Part shown: positions 8,719 to 17,790 of the stretch, piece after piece
Numbering within the stretch: position 1 is the stretch's first letter
Layout: the number at the start of each line of letters is the position of its first letter
Origin: Fervidibacillus albus
GTDB taxonomy: Bacteria; Bacillota; Bacilli; Bacillales; Caldibacillaceae
Direction of reading: 5' to 3'
NCBI RefSeq assembly: GCF_026547225.1
Contig: NZ_CP106878.1
Location: forward strand, 1-32,000
DNA length: 32,000 bases
The notes under the pieces: generated by a model
Told to the model about the DNA's origin: nothing
The model's input: only the letters and a program-made list of their open reading frames with translations
Database searches by the model: none
Position numbers and translations under genes: made by a program

Positions 8719-9278
8719 TTTCGATCTCCCTTTCATAAAATGAATATAAGTGATTGATTCCATATAAATCATCCGATTGCGCTACATTCACAGCTTTACC
8801 ATAGCCAATCGACCTATAACAGCATATTTATTTGAATCCCACTACATTAGAAATTTTACGATATTTTAGAAAAAAAATCAAACAAAATATTATGAATCTT
8901 TTATACAAATATAGTTAACAAAAGAACAATGAAGGAATGATGAGTGAATTACTTTTTAAATAGAGAATGAGAGGAAGGAGAAAAATTTGCCTAAGGAAGC
9001 ACGATGAAGTATAAAATGTGCTTACAAATTACACCTGAAAAAATTGCATGCAAATATTTGACTCAAACCACCTATAACCGATTGTTGTCACACATTACTG
9101 ATAATGTTAATATAAAAAATATGTTAAAATAAATGTGATTTGTAAAAATGTAGTGATCAACGAAAAACGAACATATTTCGTAAAATGTCCAACTTTCTAT
9201 TTTTAAACTTACCAATCGGATTTTAGGAACTATTTTGCACGGCCAAAAGGTTTTTTAATTTAAAGGAGCGTTGTTCAC

Positions 9279-11795
9279 ATGGCAAGTATTTTAAATAAAA
9301 TTTTTGATTTCAACAAACGGGAACTGAAGCGTTTGGAAAAAATCGCCGACAAAATTGAAGCTCTTGCCCCGGACATGGAGAAATTATCTGATGAAGCATT
9401 GCGGGGAAAAACGGATGAATTCAAAGAACGACTGGAAAAAGGGGAAACATTGGATGACCTATTAGTCGAAGCTTTTGCCGTTGTTCGGGAAGCAAGCCGT
9501 CGGGTGCTCGGTCTATATCCGTTTCGGGTGCAATTAATGGGGGGCATTGTCCTTCATGACGGGAATATTGCGGAAATGAAAACGGGGGAAGGGAAAACGT
9601 TAACGTCCACGATGCCCGTCTATTTAAATGCTTTGGAAGGAAAAGGTGTCCACGTCATTACCGTCAACGATTATTTGGCGAAACGGGACGCGACGGAAAT
9701 GGGCCAAATTTACGAATTTCTCGGTCTTACAGTCGGTCTCAACTTACATGAAATGTCCAAAGAAGAAAAACAAGCCGCCTACCAAGCGGATATTACGTAC
9801 GGAACGAATAATGAGTTCGGGTTCGACTATTTGCGGGACAACATGGTGTTATATAAAGAACAAATGGTGCAACGGCCGCTTAATTACGCAATTATTGACG
9901 AAGTAGACTCGATTTTAATCGATGAAGCGAGAACGCCGCTAATCATTTCCGGATCGGCGAAAAAATCGACCCAATTGTATATGCAGGCGAACGCCTTTGT
10001 CAAAACGTTGCGAAAAGAAGACGATTATACCGTAGATGAAAAAACAAAATCGGTTCAATTGACCGAAGACGGGATTACGAAGGCGGAAAAAGCGTTCGGT
10101 ATCGATAATTTATTCGATATTAGCCACGTTACATTGAACCACCATATTAATCAAGCTTTACGGGCAAATGTCATTATGCAACGGGACGTGGATTACGTCG
10201 TACAAGAAGGAGAAATCGTCATCGTTGACCAATTCACCGGACGTTTAATGAAAGGACGCCGGTATAGCGACGGATTGCACCAAGCGATCGAAGCGAAGGA
10301 AGGCGTAGAAATTCAAAATGAAAGTATGACGATGGCAACGATCACCTTCCAAAACTATTTCCGTATGTATAAAAAATTAGCCGGGATGACCGGTACAGCG
10401 AAAACGGAAGAAGAAGAGTTCCGAAACATTTACAATATGAACGTTTATGTCATTCCAACGAATAAACCGATTGTACGGGATGACCGCCCTGACTTAATTT
10501 ATAAGACGATGGAAGGAAAGTTTCGCGCCGTTGTAAACGATATTGAAGAACGCCACCGGAAAGGACAACCCGTTCTCGTCGGTACCGTGGCGATTGAAAC
10601 TTCGGAACTCGTCTCCCAATTGTTAAAAAGAAAAGGGATTCCCCATAACGTATTGAATGCGAAAAACCATGCTCGGGAAGCGGAAATTATCGCCCAAGCC
10701 GGACAAAAGGGTGCGGTGACGATTGCGACGAACATGGCTGGACGGGGAACGGATATTAAATTAGGTGAAGGGATAAAAGAGTTAGGCGGATTGGCCGTCA
10801 TCGGTACGGAGCGCCATGAAAGCCGTCGGATCGATAACCAATTACGGGGACGTTCCGGACGGCAAGGAGATCCTGGTGTTACGCAATTTTATTTGTCGAT
10901 GGAAGATGAATTGATGCGTCGATTCGGTTCCGACAATATGAAGTCGATGATGGAACGGCTCGGTATGGATGATTCTCAACCGATTCAGAGTAAAATGGTT
11001 TCCCGCGCCGTCGAATCCGCCCAAAAACGGGTGGAAGGAAATAACTTCGATGCCCGGAAACAGTTGTTGCAATACGATGATGTCATTCGCCAACAACGGG
11101 AAATTATTTATAAACAACGGTTTGAAGTGATCGATTCTGACAACCTCCGGGAAATCGTCGAAAAAATGATTAAAACGGTGATCGAACGGCATGTCTCTTC
11201 CTTTGCGCCGATGGAAGAAAATCCGGAAAATTGGAATTTAGAAGGACTCGTTCAATTTTTGGAAGGGAACTTATTACACCCTGGAGATGTGACTGTCGCC
11301 GATTTGTCCGGCAAAGAACCGGAACAAATGATCGAGCACATTTTAGCAAAAGTGACCGACCGTTATAATGAAAAAGAAGAATTGCTCGGACCGGAAAAAA
11401 TGCGTGAATTTGAAAAAGTCATTTTGCTTCGGACGGTAGATACGAAATGGATCGATCATATCGACGCGATGGATCAACTCCGACAAGGTATCCATCTTCG
11501 CGCATATGGACAAACCGATCCTCTCCGTGAATATCAAACGGAAGGATTCGCCATGTTTGAAAATATGATCGAATCGATTGAAGAAGATGTGGCGAAATAT
11601 ATTATGAAAGCCGAAATTGTGAACAACTTGAAACGGGAAGAAGTCGCCAAAGGCCAAGCAGTTATTCCAAATTCCGATGGGGACAAGCCGAAACGAAAAC
11701 CGATTCGAAGGAAAGTGAAGGTCGGTCGAAATGATCCGTGTCCGTGCGGAAGTGGGAAAAAATATAAAAATTGCCACGGACGATTCGAATCGTAA
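9279..11795 (+). CDS. secA: preprotein translocase ATPase SecA
   Basis: 838 aa. Walker [14 protein letters not shown]-like [21 protein letters not shown], and the C-terminal zinc-binding tail [14 protein letters not shown]. Confidence 0.98.
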   Translation: MASILNKIFDFNKRELKRLEKIADKIEALAPDMEKLSDEALRGKTDEFKERLEKGETLDDLLVEAFAVVREASRRVLGLYPFRVQLMGGIVLHDGNIAEMKTGEGKTLTSTMPVYLNALEGKGVHVITVNDYLAKRDATEMGQIYEFLGLTVGLNLHEMSKEEKQAAYQADITYGTNNEFGFDYLRDNMVLYKEQMVQRPLNYAIIDEVDSILIDEARTPLIISGSAKKSTQLYMQANAFVKTLRKEDDYTVDEKTKSVQLTEDGITKAEKAFGIDNLFDISHVTLNHHINQALRANVIMQRDVDYVVQEGEIVIVDQFTGRLMKGRRYSDGLHQAIEAKEGVEIQNESMTMATITFQNYFRMYKKLAGMTGTAKTEEEEFRNIYNMNVYVIPTNKPIVRDDRPDLIYKTMEGKFRAVVNDIEERHRKGQPVLVGTVAIETSELVSQLLKRKGIPHNVLNAKNHAREAEIIAQAGQKGAVTIATNMAGRGTDIKLGEGIKELGGLAVIGTERHESRRIDNQLRGRSGRQGDPGVTQFYLSMEDELMRRFGSDNMKSMMERLGMDDSQPIQSKMVSRAVESAQKRVEGNNFDARKQLLQYDDVIRQQREIIYKQRFEVIDSDNLREIVEKMIKTVIERHVSSFAPMEENPENWNLEGLVQFLEGNLLHPGDVTVADLSGKEPEQMIEHILAKVTDRYNEKEELLGPEKMREFEKVILLRTVDTKWIDHIDAMDQLRQGIHLRAYGQTDPLREYQTEGFAMFENMIESIEEDVAKYIMKAEIVNNLKREEVAKGQAVIPNSDGDKPKRKPIRRKVKVGRNDPCPCGSGKKYKNCHGRFES

Positions 11796-12158
11796 ATTCC
11801 ACTTCTTCCGCTTTTTAGAAGAAGCGGCACATGGTCTCTTAAGTAAATTTTGAAAAAACCACTTGAAAAGGAAAAACCCGATCAGGGGGAGCGCAATATG
11901 CCTCCTCCTTTTCCTCGCATTTTCCCGTCATACGACATATCATAACGATGGGAATTCCGAAGTGTCTGTAACTTCGAAAAGATTTTCGCGAATCCTGTTG
12001 GCACGGTTCGGTTTGATCCGTGTCTATTCGACTGAATTAGAGTGGAACGGACGAGAAAGTTTTGTCGAAATATTTCCTGGAAAATAACCTATATTTTCAT
12101 CGGGACACATATTTTTTACAATAAACAAGTACAAAAGTTTTCATAGAGGTGATTAGTT

Positions 12159-13260
12159 ATGGAATTATCGGAAATTCGTAATGAGTTGGAAAAAACAGCT
12201 AAGCGATTAGCGGACTTTAGGGGGTCTCTTTGACTTAGAAAATAAAGAAACCCGGATTATGGAATTGGATGAAATCATGGCCGATCCGAATTTTTGGAAC
12301 GACCAAGAAAAAGCCCAATCCGTTATTAACGAAGCAAACGGATTGAAAGAGCAAGTGAATGAATTTAAAGAGCTAAATGAAATATACGAGAACCTAGAAA
12401 TTACTTTCGAACTTTTAAAGGAAGAAGAGGATCCCGATTTAAAGGCGGAATTGGAATCGGAGTTAGGTGTGTTAGGAAAAAGACTGAACGATTTCGAACT
12501 GCATCTTCTTCTAAGTGGACCTTATGATAAAAATAACGCCATTTTGGAACTACATCCCGGTGCGGGTGGAACGGAATCCCAAGACTGGGGCTCCATGTTG
12601 CTACGCATGTATACGCGTTGGGCAGAGAAAAAGGGGTTCAAAGTGGAAACGTTAGACTACTTGCCGGGTGACGAAGCCGGGATTAAAAGTGTCACCTTAT
12701 TAATTAAAGGACATAATGCATACGGTTATTTGAAAGCGGAAAAAGGGGTGCATCGTCTCGTACGGATTTCACCTTTCGATGCTTCCGGGCGCAGACATAC
12801 TTCCTTCGTATCCTGTGATGTTATGCCGGAGTTTACTGGAGACGTACAAGTTGATATTCGAAGTGAAGATTTAAAAATCGATACGTATCGTTCCAGTGGT
12901 GCAGGGGGTCAGCACGTCAATACGACCGATTCAGCCGTTCGGATTACCCATATTCCGACTGGGATTGTCGTTACTTGCCAATCGGAACGTTCGCAAATTC
13001 AAAACCGTGAAAAAGCGATGAATATGTTGAAAGGGAAATTGTATCAACGAAAATTGGAAGAACAAGAACGGGAATTGGCAGAGATTCGCGGAGAGCAAAA
13101 GGAAATCGGTTGGGGAAGCCAAATCCGTTCATACGTGTTCCATCCGTATTCGATGGTGAAGGATCATCGAACGAATGTGGAAGTTGGAAACGTACAAGCG
13201 GTGATGGACGGCGATATCGATCGATTCATCGATGCGTATTTACGCTCGACAATCCAATAA
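12159..13260 (+). CDS. prfB: peptide chain release factor 2, expressed by a programmed +1 frameshift (12159..12230 joined to 12232..13260)
   Basis: Frame 0 reads [24 protein letters not shown] and then stops at TGA 12231. The +1 frame continues [28 protein letters not shown] (RISPFD) and GGQ ([11 protein letters not shown]) motifs are present. Predicted product is 366 aa. Confidence 0.95.
12219..12234 (+). promoter_or_regulatory. RF2 autoregulatory +1 frameshift site
   Basis: AGGGGG TCT CTT TGA C: an SD-like AGGGGG lies 3 nt upstream of the slippery CTT and the in-frame TGA followed by C. This is the same architecture as E. coli and B. subtilis prfB. Confidence 0.92.
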
Positions 13261-13278
13261 TCCAATCGAAATTTTATG

Positions 13279-13311
13279 AAAGGGCGGTCTATGAAAAACC
13301 GTCCTTTTTTA
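13279..13311 (+). terminator. intrinsic terminator after prfB
   Basis: AAAGGGCGGT..ACCGTCCTTT forms a hairpin with 1 mismatch, followed by a T-run. Confidence 0.7.
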
Positions 13312-13474
13312 ATTGGAAGAAAAACATCGATCCGTTTTTGTACGTTTGTAAAAGCATTATGATAACAGATTATGGAAAAATATTGAAATTGTAATATGCA
13401 CAATCACGGAATTGAAAAGAAGGATATGCTATACTCAAAGTAAATCAAACGATTGGTTTTTAAGGGGGATTTTC

Positions 13475-13792
13475 GTGAAAAAAACATACTTATTATTGAT
13501 CGGTTTTTTGGTAGTCGGCCTGTTGTCTGCGTGCGGAGGAGATGAAGATTCCGCCGATCACGTTGCAACGTCCGATTTGTCTGGGGAAGAGTTGTACATG
13601 CAATATTGTTCCAGTTGCCATGGAGGTGACTTGAAGGCAGGATACGCGCCGGATTTGGACAATGTCGGATCGAATTTTACTGTAGAAGAAATTGAAGATA
13701 TTATCGTCAACGGATATAAATCAATGCCTCAAGGACTATTAAAAGGTGATGATGCAAAAAAAGTTGCCGAATGGCTAGCCGAACAAAAATAA
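13475..13792 (+). CDS. cccB: membrane-anchored (lipoprotein) cytochrome c-551
   Basis: 105 aa counted from GTG 13475, which follows the RBS AAGGGGGA. Lipobox LLSAC, heme-binding CSSCH, and a distal Met (YKSMP). Located between prfB and ftsE, as in B. subtilis. Confidence 0.85.
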   Translation: MKKTYLLLIGFLVVGLLSACGGDEDSADHVATSDLSGEELYMQYCSSCHGGDLKAGYAPDLDNVGSNFTVEEIEDIIVNGYKSMPQGLLKGDDAKKVAEWLAEQK

Positions 13793-13795
13793 AAA

Positions 13796-14000
13796 GTGGG
13801 CCGAGGTTCCGGTTCTCTCAGCCCACTTTTTCGCTGGTGGGTCGAGGTTCCGGTTCTCTCAGCCCACTTTTTCGCTGGTGGGTCGAGGTTCCGGTTCTCT
13901 CGGCCCACTCCTCTCAGCCCACTCTCTCAGCCCACTTCATCCCAGTGGGTCAAAGGAACCGGAATCACGGCTCATTCCTTTGAATTCGAACCTCGACCAA
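13796..14000. repeat. cluster C of the GC-rich palindromic unit family: 3 x 41-bp tandem units in reverse orientation, partials, and one forward copy
   Basis: Reverse-orientation copies at 13796-13826, 13837-13867 and 13878-13908, each followed by TTTTTCGCTG (the first two) or by partial arms. Arm fragments at 13909-13935. A forward copy at 13945-13973. The first unit plus TTTTT probably terminates cccB. Confidence 0.85.
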
Positions 14001-14271
14001 CTTTTCCTTTGAATTCCAATAAAAAAGAAGAAAAAACCTGTTTTCATTTTTCTATTTTTCCGTATAATTATAAGCAAATAAAAATTTTTGACAAAATCCG
14101 CGGAGAAATTCTAGGTTTTAGGCCGATAGTCCTTATTTGAAATATAAATGTAAAATAATTTCATCTTATTTTGTCAAAATTTGATGATATAATGATTCTT
14201 GAGACCTACATATGCAAGGTTGAAAGAACACTAGTTGAACAAAATGACAGAAAATACAGGTGATTTGCAGA

Positions 14272-14958
14272 ATGATCACAATGAAGGAAGTTTATAAAAG
14301 ATATCCGAATGGTGTTGTCGCCGCAAATGGAATTGATATACAAATCGACCAAGGGGAATTTGTTTACGTTGTCGGAGCAAGTGGTGCTGGAAAATCGACA
14401 TTTATCAAAATGATGTATCGAGAAGAAAAACCGACAAGCGGGCAAATTATCGTCAATGGAATCGACATTACGAAACTGAAAAATAGCAAAGTTCCCCTTT
14501 TCCGAAGAAATATCGGTGTCGTTTTCCAAGATTTCAAACTGCTACCAAAACTAACAGTTTATGAAAATATCGCCTTTGCCCTTGAAGTTATTGAACAGTC
14601 TCCCCGTATGACGAAAAAGCGGGTTCTCGAAGTGTTGGACCTCGTTAATTTGAAACATAAAGCCCGCATGTTCCCAACCGAGCTATCCGGTGGCGAACAA
14701 CAACGGGTTTCGATTGCCCGTTCCATCGTCAACTCTCCACGTGTCGTTATTGCTGATGAACCGACCGGAAATTTAGATCCGGAAACGTCTTGGGAAATTA
14801 TGCGTATTTTTGAAGAAATTAATGCACGGGGCACGACCATCGTTATGGCCACCCATAATAAGGAAATCGTCAACACGAAAAAACATCGTGTAATTGCAAT
14901 TGAAAACGGACTGATTGTCAGGGATGAACAGCGGGGGGATTACGGATATGAAAATTAG
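14272..14958 (+). CDS. ftsE: cell-division ABC transporter ATP-binding protein FtsE
   Basis: 228 aa counted from ATG 14272, with AGGTGA 8 nt upstream. MITMKEVYKRYPNG matches the B. subtilis FtsE start. Walker A GASGAGKST, signature LSGGEQQRV, Walker B VVIADEPTGNLD. Confidence 0.95.
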   Translation: MITMKEVYKRYPNGVVAANGIDIQIDQGEFVYVVGASGAGKSTFIKMMYREEKPTSGQIIVNGIDITKLKNSKVPLFRRNIGVVFQDFKLLPKLTVYENIAFALEVIEQSPRMTKKRVLEVLDLVNLKHKARMFPTELSGGEQQRVSIARSIVNSPRVVIADEPTGNLDPETSWEIMRIFEEINARGTTIVMATHNKEIVNTKKHRVIAIENGLIVRDEQRGDYGYEN

Positions 14959-15844
14959 GACACTCGGTCGACATATCAAAGAAAGTGGAAAAAGCATCGC
15001 AAGGAATGGCTGGATGACCTTTGCCTCAATTAGTGCGGTAACGGTCACCCTTTTACTCGTTGGTGTTTTTTATGTAATCTTGATGAATTTAAACGAAGTA
15101 GCAACATCTATAGAAAAGGATGTATCCATTAAAGTTTTAGTTGATACAACAGCAGATGAAACCGAACGAGAAGAACTTTTAAACAATATAAAAACAATTC
15201 TCAAAATCGATTCGATTGTTTATTCCTCGAAAGACGAAGAATTGGATGAATTGATTACGAGTTTTGGCGAGGAAGGAGAACTGTTTAAAGAATTATATGA
15301 AGAACGAAATCCACTAAACGATGCCTTTATTATTAAAACGAAGGATCCATTGGACACGATGGAAGTGGCACAACAAATCGAAACATTCGATTACGTTTAT
15401 AAGGTGAACTACGGAAAAGGGGAAGTGGAAAAATTATTCGATGTAATCGATACGAGTCGAAATGTCGGATTGGCACTCATTATCGGATTATTATTTACCG
15501 CTATTTTCCTCATTTCCAATACGATTAAAATTACGATCAATTCGCGCAGAAGAGAAATTGAAATCATGCGTTTAGTCGGAGCAACAAACGGATTTATTCG
15601 CTGGCCATTCTTCTTGGAAGGTTTATGGCTCGGCATCCTCGGATCGGTCATCCCGATTACGCTAATCGTTTTATTGTATAAAGAAATTTACTCCTACATC
15701 CAACCGAAACTGGAAGGTAATTTTATTCAAATATTAGAATTCACACCATTTATTTATGAGGTAAGCGGACTAATACTCGGACTCGGTTGCGCAATCGGAG
15801 CCCTTGGTAGTTTGCTTTCCGTCCGCAAGTTTCTAAAAGTTTAA
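14948..15844 (+). CDS. ftsX: cell-division ABC transporter permease-like protein FtsX
   Basis: 298 aa counted from ATG 14948, overlapping the ftsE end by 11 nt. MKIRTLGRHIKESGKSIARNGWMTFASISAVTVTLLLVG is the FtsX N-terminus pattern. Four TM segments with a large first extracellular loop. Confidence 0.93.
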   Translation: MKIRTLGRHIKESGKSIARNGWMTFASISAVTVTLLLVGVFYVILMNLNEVATSIEKDVSIKVLVDTTADETEREELLNNIKTILKIDSIVYSSKDEELDELITSFGEEGELFKELYEERNPLNDAFIIKTKDPLDTMEVAQQIETFDYVYKVNYGKGEVEKLFDVIDTSRNVGLALIIGLLFTAIFLISNTIKITINSRRREIEIMRLVGATNGFIRWPFFLEGLWLGILGSVIPITLIVLLYKEIYSYIQPKLEGNFIQILEFTPFIYEVSGLILGLGCAIGALGSLLSVRKFLKV

Positions 15845-16038
15845 TAGCCTATACACCAAATTGAAAGAACAAATAAAGAACATGAATAATATTTCAGATA
15901 ACTGTCTATTTCCTAGATTTATTTAATCTGAGATTTCAAGACGCTATGGAAAAAGACGGTTTCATGAACTTGCTTTTTTCGGGGAATTGCGGTCCCCATA
16001 CATAAATTTTAAGAAAAAGAAGAGAGGAGGAAGCGGAT

Positions 16039-17283
16039 TTGAAAAAAATGTGGGGATTGATCTTCACTGTCCTGCTCGTGTTTGGGACAACTTTAAGCGG
16101 TGCAACAGTTTCGGCGGACAAATTAGAAGAGTTGGAAATTCAACAACAAGAAATTAATGAAAAATCGTCTGAAATTGAATCGGAAATGACCGAAAAGGAA
16201 AAGGAACTGGAAGAAATTCAAAACAAGCAGGAAGCCCTTAAACAAGAGATACAACAGTTGGATACGGACATCCAATCCTTAACGGAAAGTATTGACAGCA
16301 ATAATACTGAAATCGAAAAGAAAAACGAAGAAATCGCCCAATTACAAGAGGAAATTCAAGAATTACAGGAGCGGATTGAAGAGCGGGACGAGTTGTTGAT
16401 GGAACGGGCCCGAGCCATTCAAGCGACGGGTGGAACGATCAGCTATTTGGAAGTGTTGCTTGGGGCGGAAAGTTTCACCGATTTTATTTCTCGCGTAACT
16501 GCTGTCACAAAAATTATTGAAGCGGACAAAGAAATTTTAGAAGAACATAAAAAGGATCAAGATAGTTTAGAAGAAAAGAAGGAACTTGTAGAAGAAGATA
16601 GGGAAAAATTGGAACAGTTGAAGGAACAATTGCAATCGCAAAAAAATGAGTTGGAAAGTAAACGGACGGAAAAGGATCAAGTGATGGCGCAGTTAGAGGA
16701 AGAAGAAGTGGCCATTGAAGAATATTACATGGATTTACAAGAACAACAAGAATTGTTAGCTGCTCAAGAAGCTGCCGTTGAAAAGGCGATGGAATTGGAA
16801 AAACAGCGAATTGAGGAAGAATTGCGTCGGCAGGAAGAAGCGGCAAATAACGGGACGACGATTCCAGTGGCTAGCGGTACGTTTATACGACCGGCGGCGG
16901 GTCCTGTCACATCCGAATTTGGTCCAAGGTGGGGAACAACCCATTACGGTATTGATATCGGAGGTACGACGAGTGGCGTTGCTGGTGATCCAATTTATGC
17001 AGTGGCAGCAGGTGTCGTCAGCAAATCGTATTATTCTACTAGTTACGGAAACGTCGTTTTCATCACTCACTATATCGATGGACAAGTATACACGACCGTT
17101 TATGCCCACTTATTGTCAAGAGGTGTAAGCGAAGGACAAATTGTCAATCAAGGCGATGTCATCGGTAAAATGGGAACGACCGGTTACTCGACAGGTGTCC
17201 ATCTCCACTTTGAATTCCATGTCGGTGAATGGAATTACGCCAAATCGAATGCGGTCAATCCAAGGAACTATATTAATTTTTAA
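16039..17283 (+). CDS. secreted coiled-coil M23 (LytM-type) peptidoglycan metalloendopeptidase
   Basis: 414 aa. TTG start 8 nt after GAGGAGG. Signal peptide ending in VSA-DK, then about 230 aa of heptad-rich E/K/Q/L coiled coil. The C-terminal M23 domain has intact HxxxD (HYGIDIG) and HxH (GVHLHFEF). Confidence 0.88.
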   Translation: MKKMWGLIFTVLLVFGTTLSGATVSADKLEELEIQQQEINEKSSEIESEMTEKEKELEEIQNKQEALKQEIQQLDTDIQSLTESIDSNNTEIEKKNEEIAQLQEEIQELQERIEERDELLMERARAIQATGGTISYLEVLLGAESFTDFISRVTAVTKIIEADKEILEEHKKDQDSLEEKKELVEEDREKLEQLKEQLQSQKNELESKRTEKDQVMAQLEEEEVAIEEYYMDLQEQQELLAAQEAAVEKAMELEKQRIEEELRRQEEAANNGTTIPVASGTFIRPAAGPVTSEFGPRWGTTHYGIDIGGTTSGVAGDPIYAVAAGVVSKSYYSTSYGNVVFITHYIDGQVYTTVYAHLLSRGVSEGQIVNQGDVIGKMGTTGYSTGVHLHFEFHVGEWNYAKSNAVNPRNYINF

Positions 17284-17296
17284 CATTGGATACACG

Positions 17297-17336
17297 AATG
17301 CCCCGAAGGTAAGGAAAAACCTTTGGGGCATTTTTT
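17297..17336 (+). terminator. intrinsic terminator after the M23 hydrolase gene
   Basis: AATGCCCCGAAGGT..ACCTTTGGGGCATT gives a 14-bp stem with 1 mismatch, followed by TTTT. Confidence 0.8.
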
Positions 17337-17790
17337 AATAAATGGCTGCCGAATTTTTAAACGAATGTAGGCATTTACCTTCTTCCAACCTCATTTAAGT
17401 GGACGGTGTTTCAACATAAAAAACATCTTCTATGAAATAGGGTGCCTCCAATCAAGTAGATAGAATAGGTTCATAGGAGACTGAAAAATTTTTAACGGGA
17501 TTCTGTTTCGCGAAAAAATAAAAGGAGTTACTCGTTCTAAAATAATTAGGATTCGAACGGTAGGGTGCATAGGGGAAATACTTAGTTAACTACCGATTAC
17601 GAAATGGACTTCCCGTTTGATCCTGCGGCTATACATTCATGTAGGTTGGGGACCATATCATATAAAGCAAGGGGATGCCCTTTTTAAACGGAAAGACGTC
17701 CCAAGTTTCCTGTGAATCCATCTTTCCTTTGGCATCCCCATCATAAATTGCAATATTATGAAAAGAACTTTTTAACGTCCGTTTCTATTT

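Noticed and set aside
9004-9132. 42-codon small ORF (MKYKMCLQITPEKIACKYL...) with the weak SD AAGGAAG in the long AT-rich region upstream of secA
   Set aside because: It is below any confidence threshold. AT-rich DNA yields many such frames, and there is no motif or evidence of conservation available to me.
9275-11830. Multiple antisense or alternate-frame ORFs inside secA and the other large genes, including 9275..9547-, 10499..10801-, 11343..11777-, 29838..30122-, 30557..30958- and 23413..23826-
   Set aside because: They are fully embedded in strongly supported conserved genes. They have biased low-complexity translations and no RBS, which is typical of shadow ORFs.
11863-12087. 74-aa ORF in the 363-bp secA-prfB spacer
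   Set aside because: TTG start codon, no convincing RBS, an odd composition and no recognisable motif. I also found no terminator, riboswitch-like structure or repeat unit here. The spacer remains unexplained but unremarkable.
14122-14129. GCCGATAG resembling the sigma-D -10 element (GCCGATAT) upstream of ftsE
   Set aside because: There is no TAAA -35 element at the required spacing of about 15 nt. It is probably a chance match.
14165-14193. Extended -10 (TGATATAAT) and a nearby TTGTCA as the ftsEX promoter
   Set aside because: TTGTCA is only 11 nt from the -10, and the properly spaced -35 is CTTATT. This may be a real extended -10 promoter, but the support is too weak to list it as a feature.
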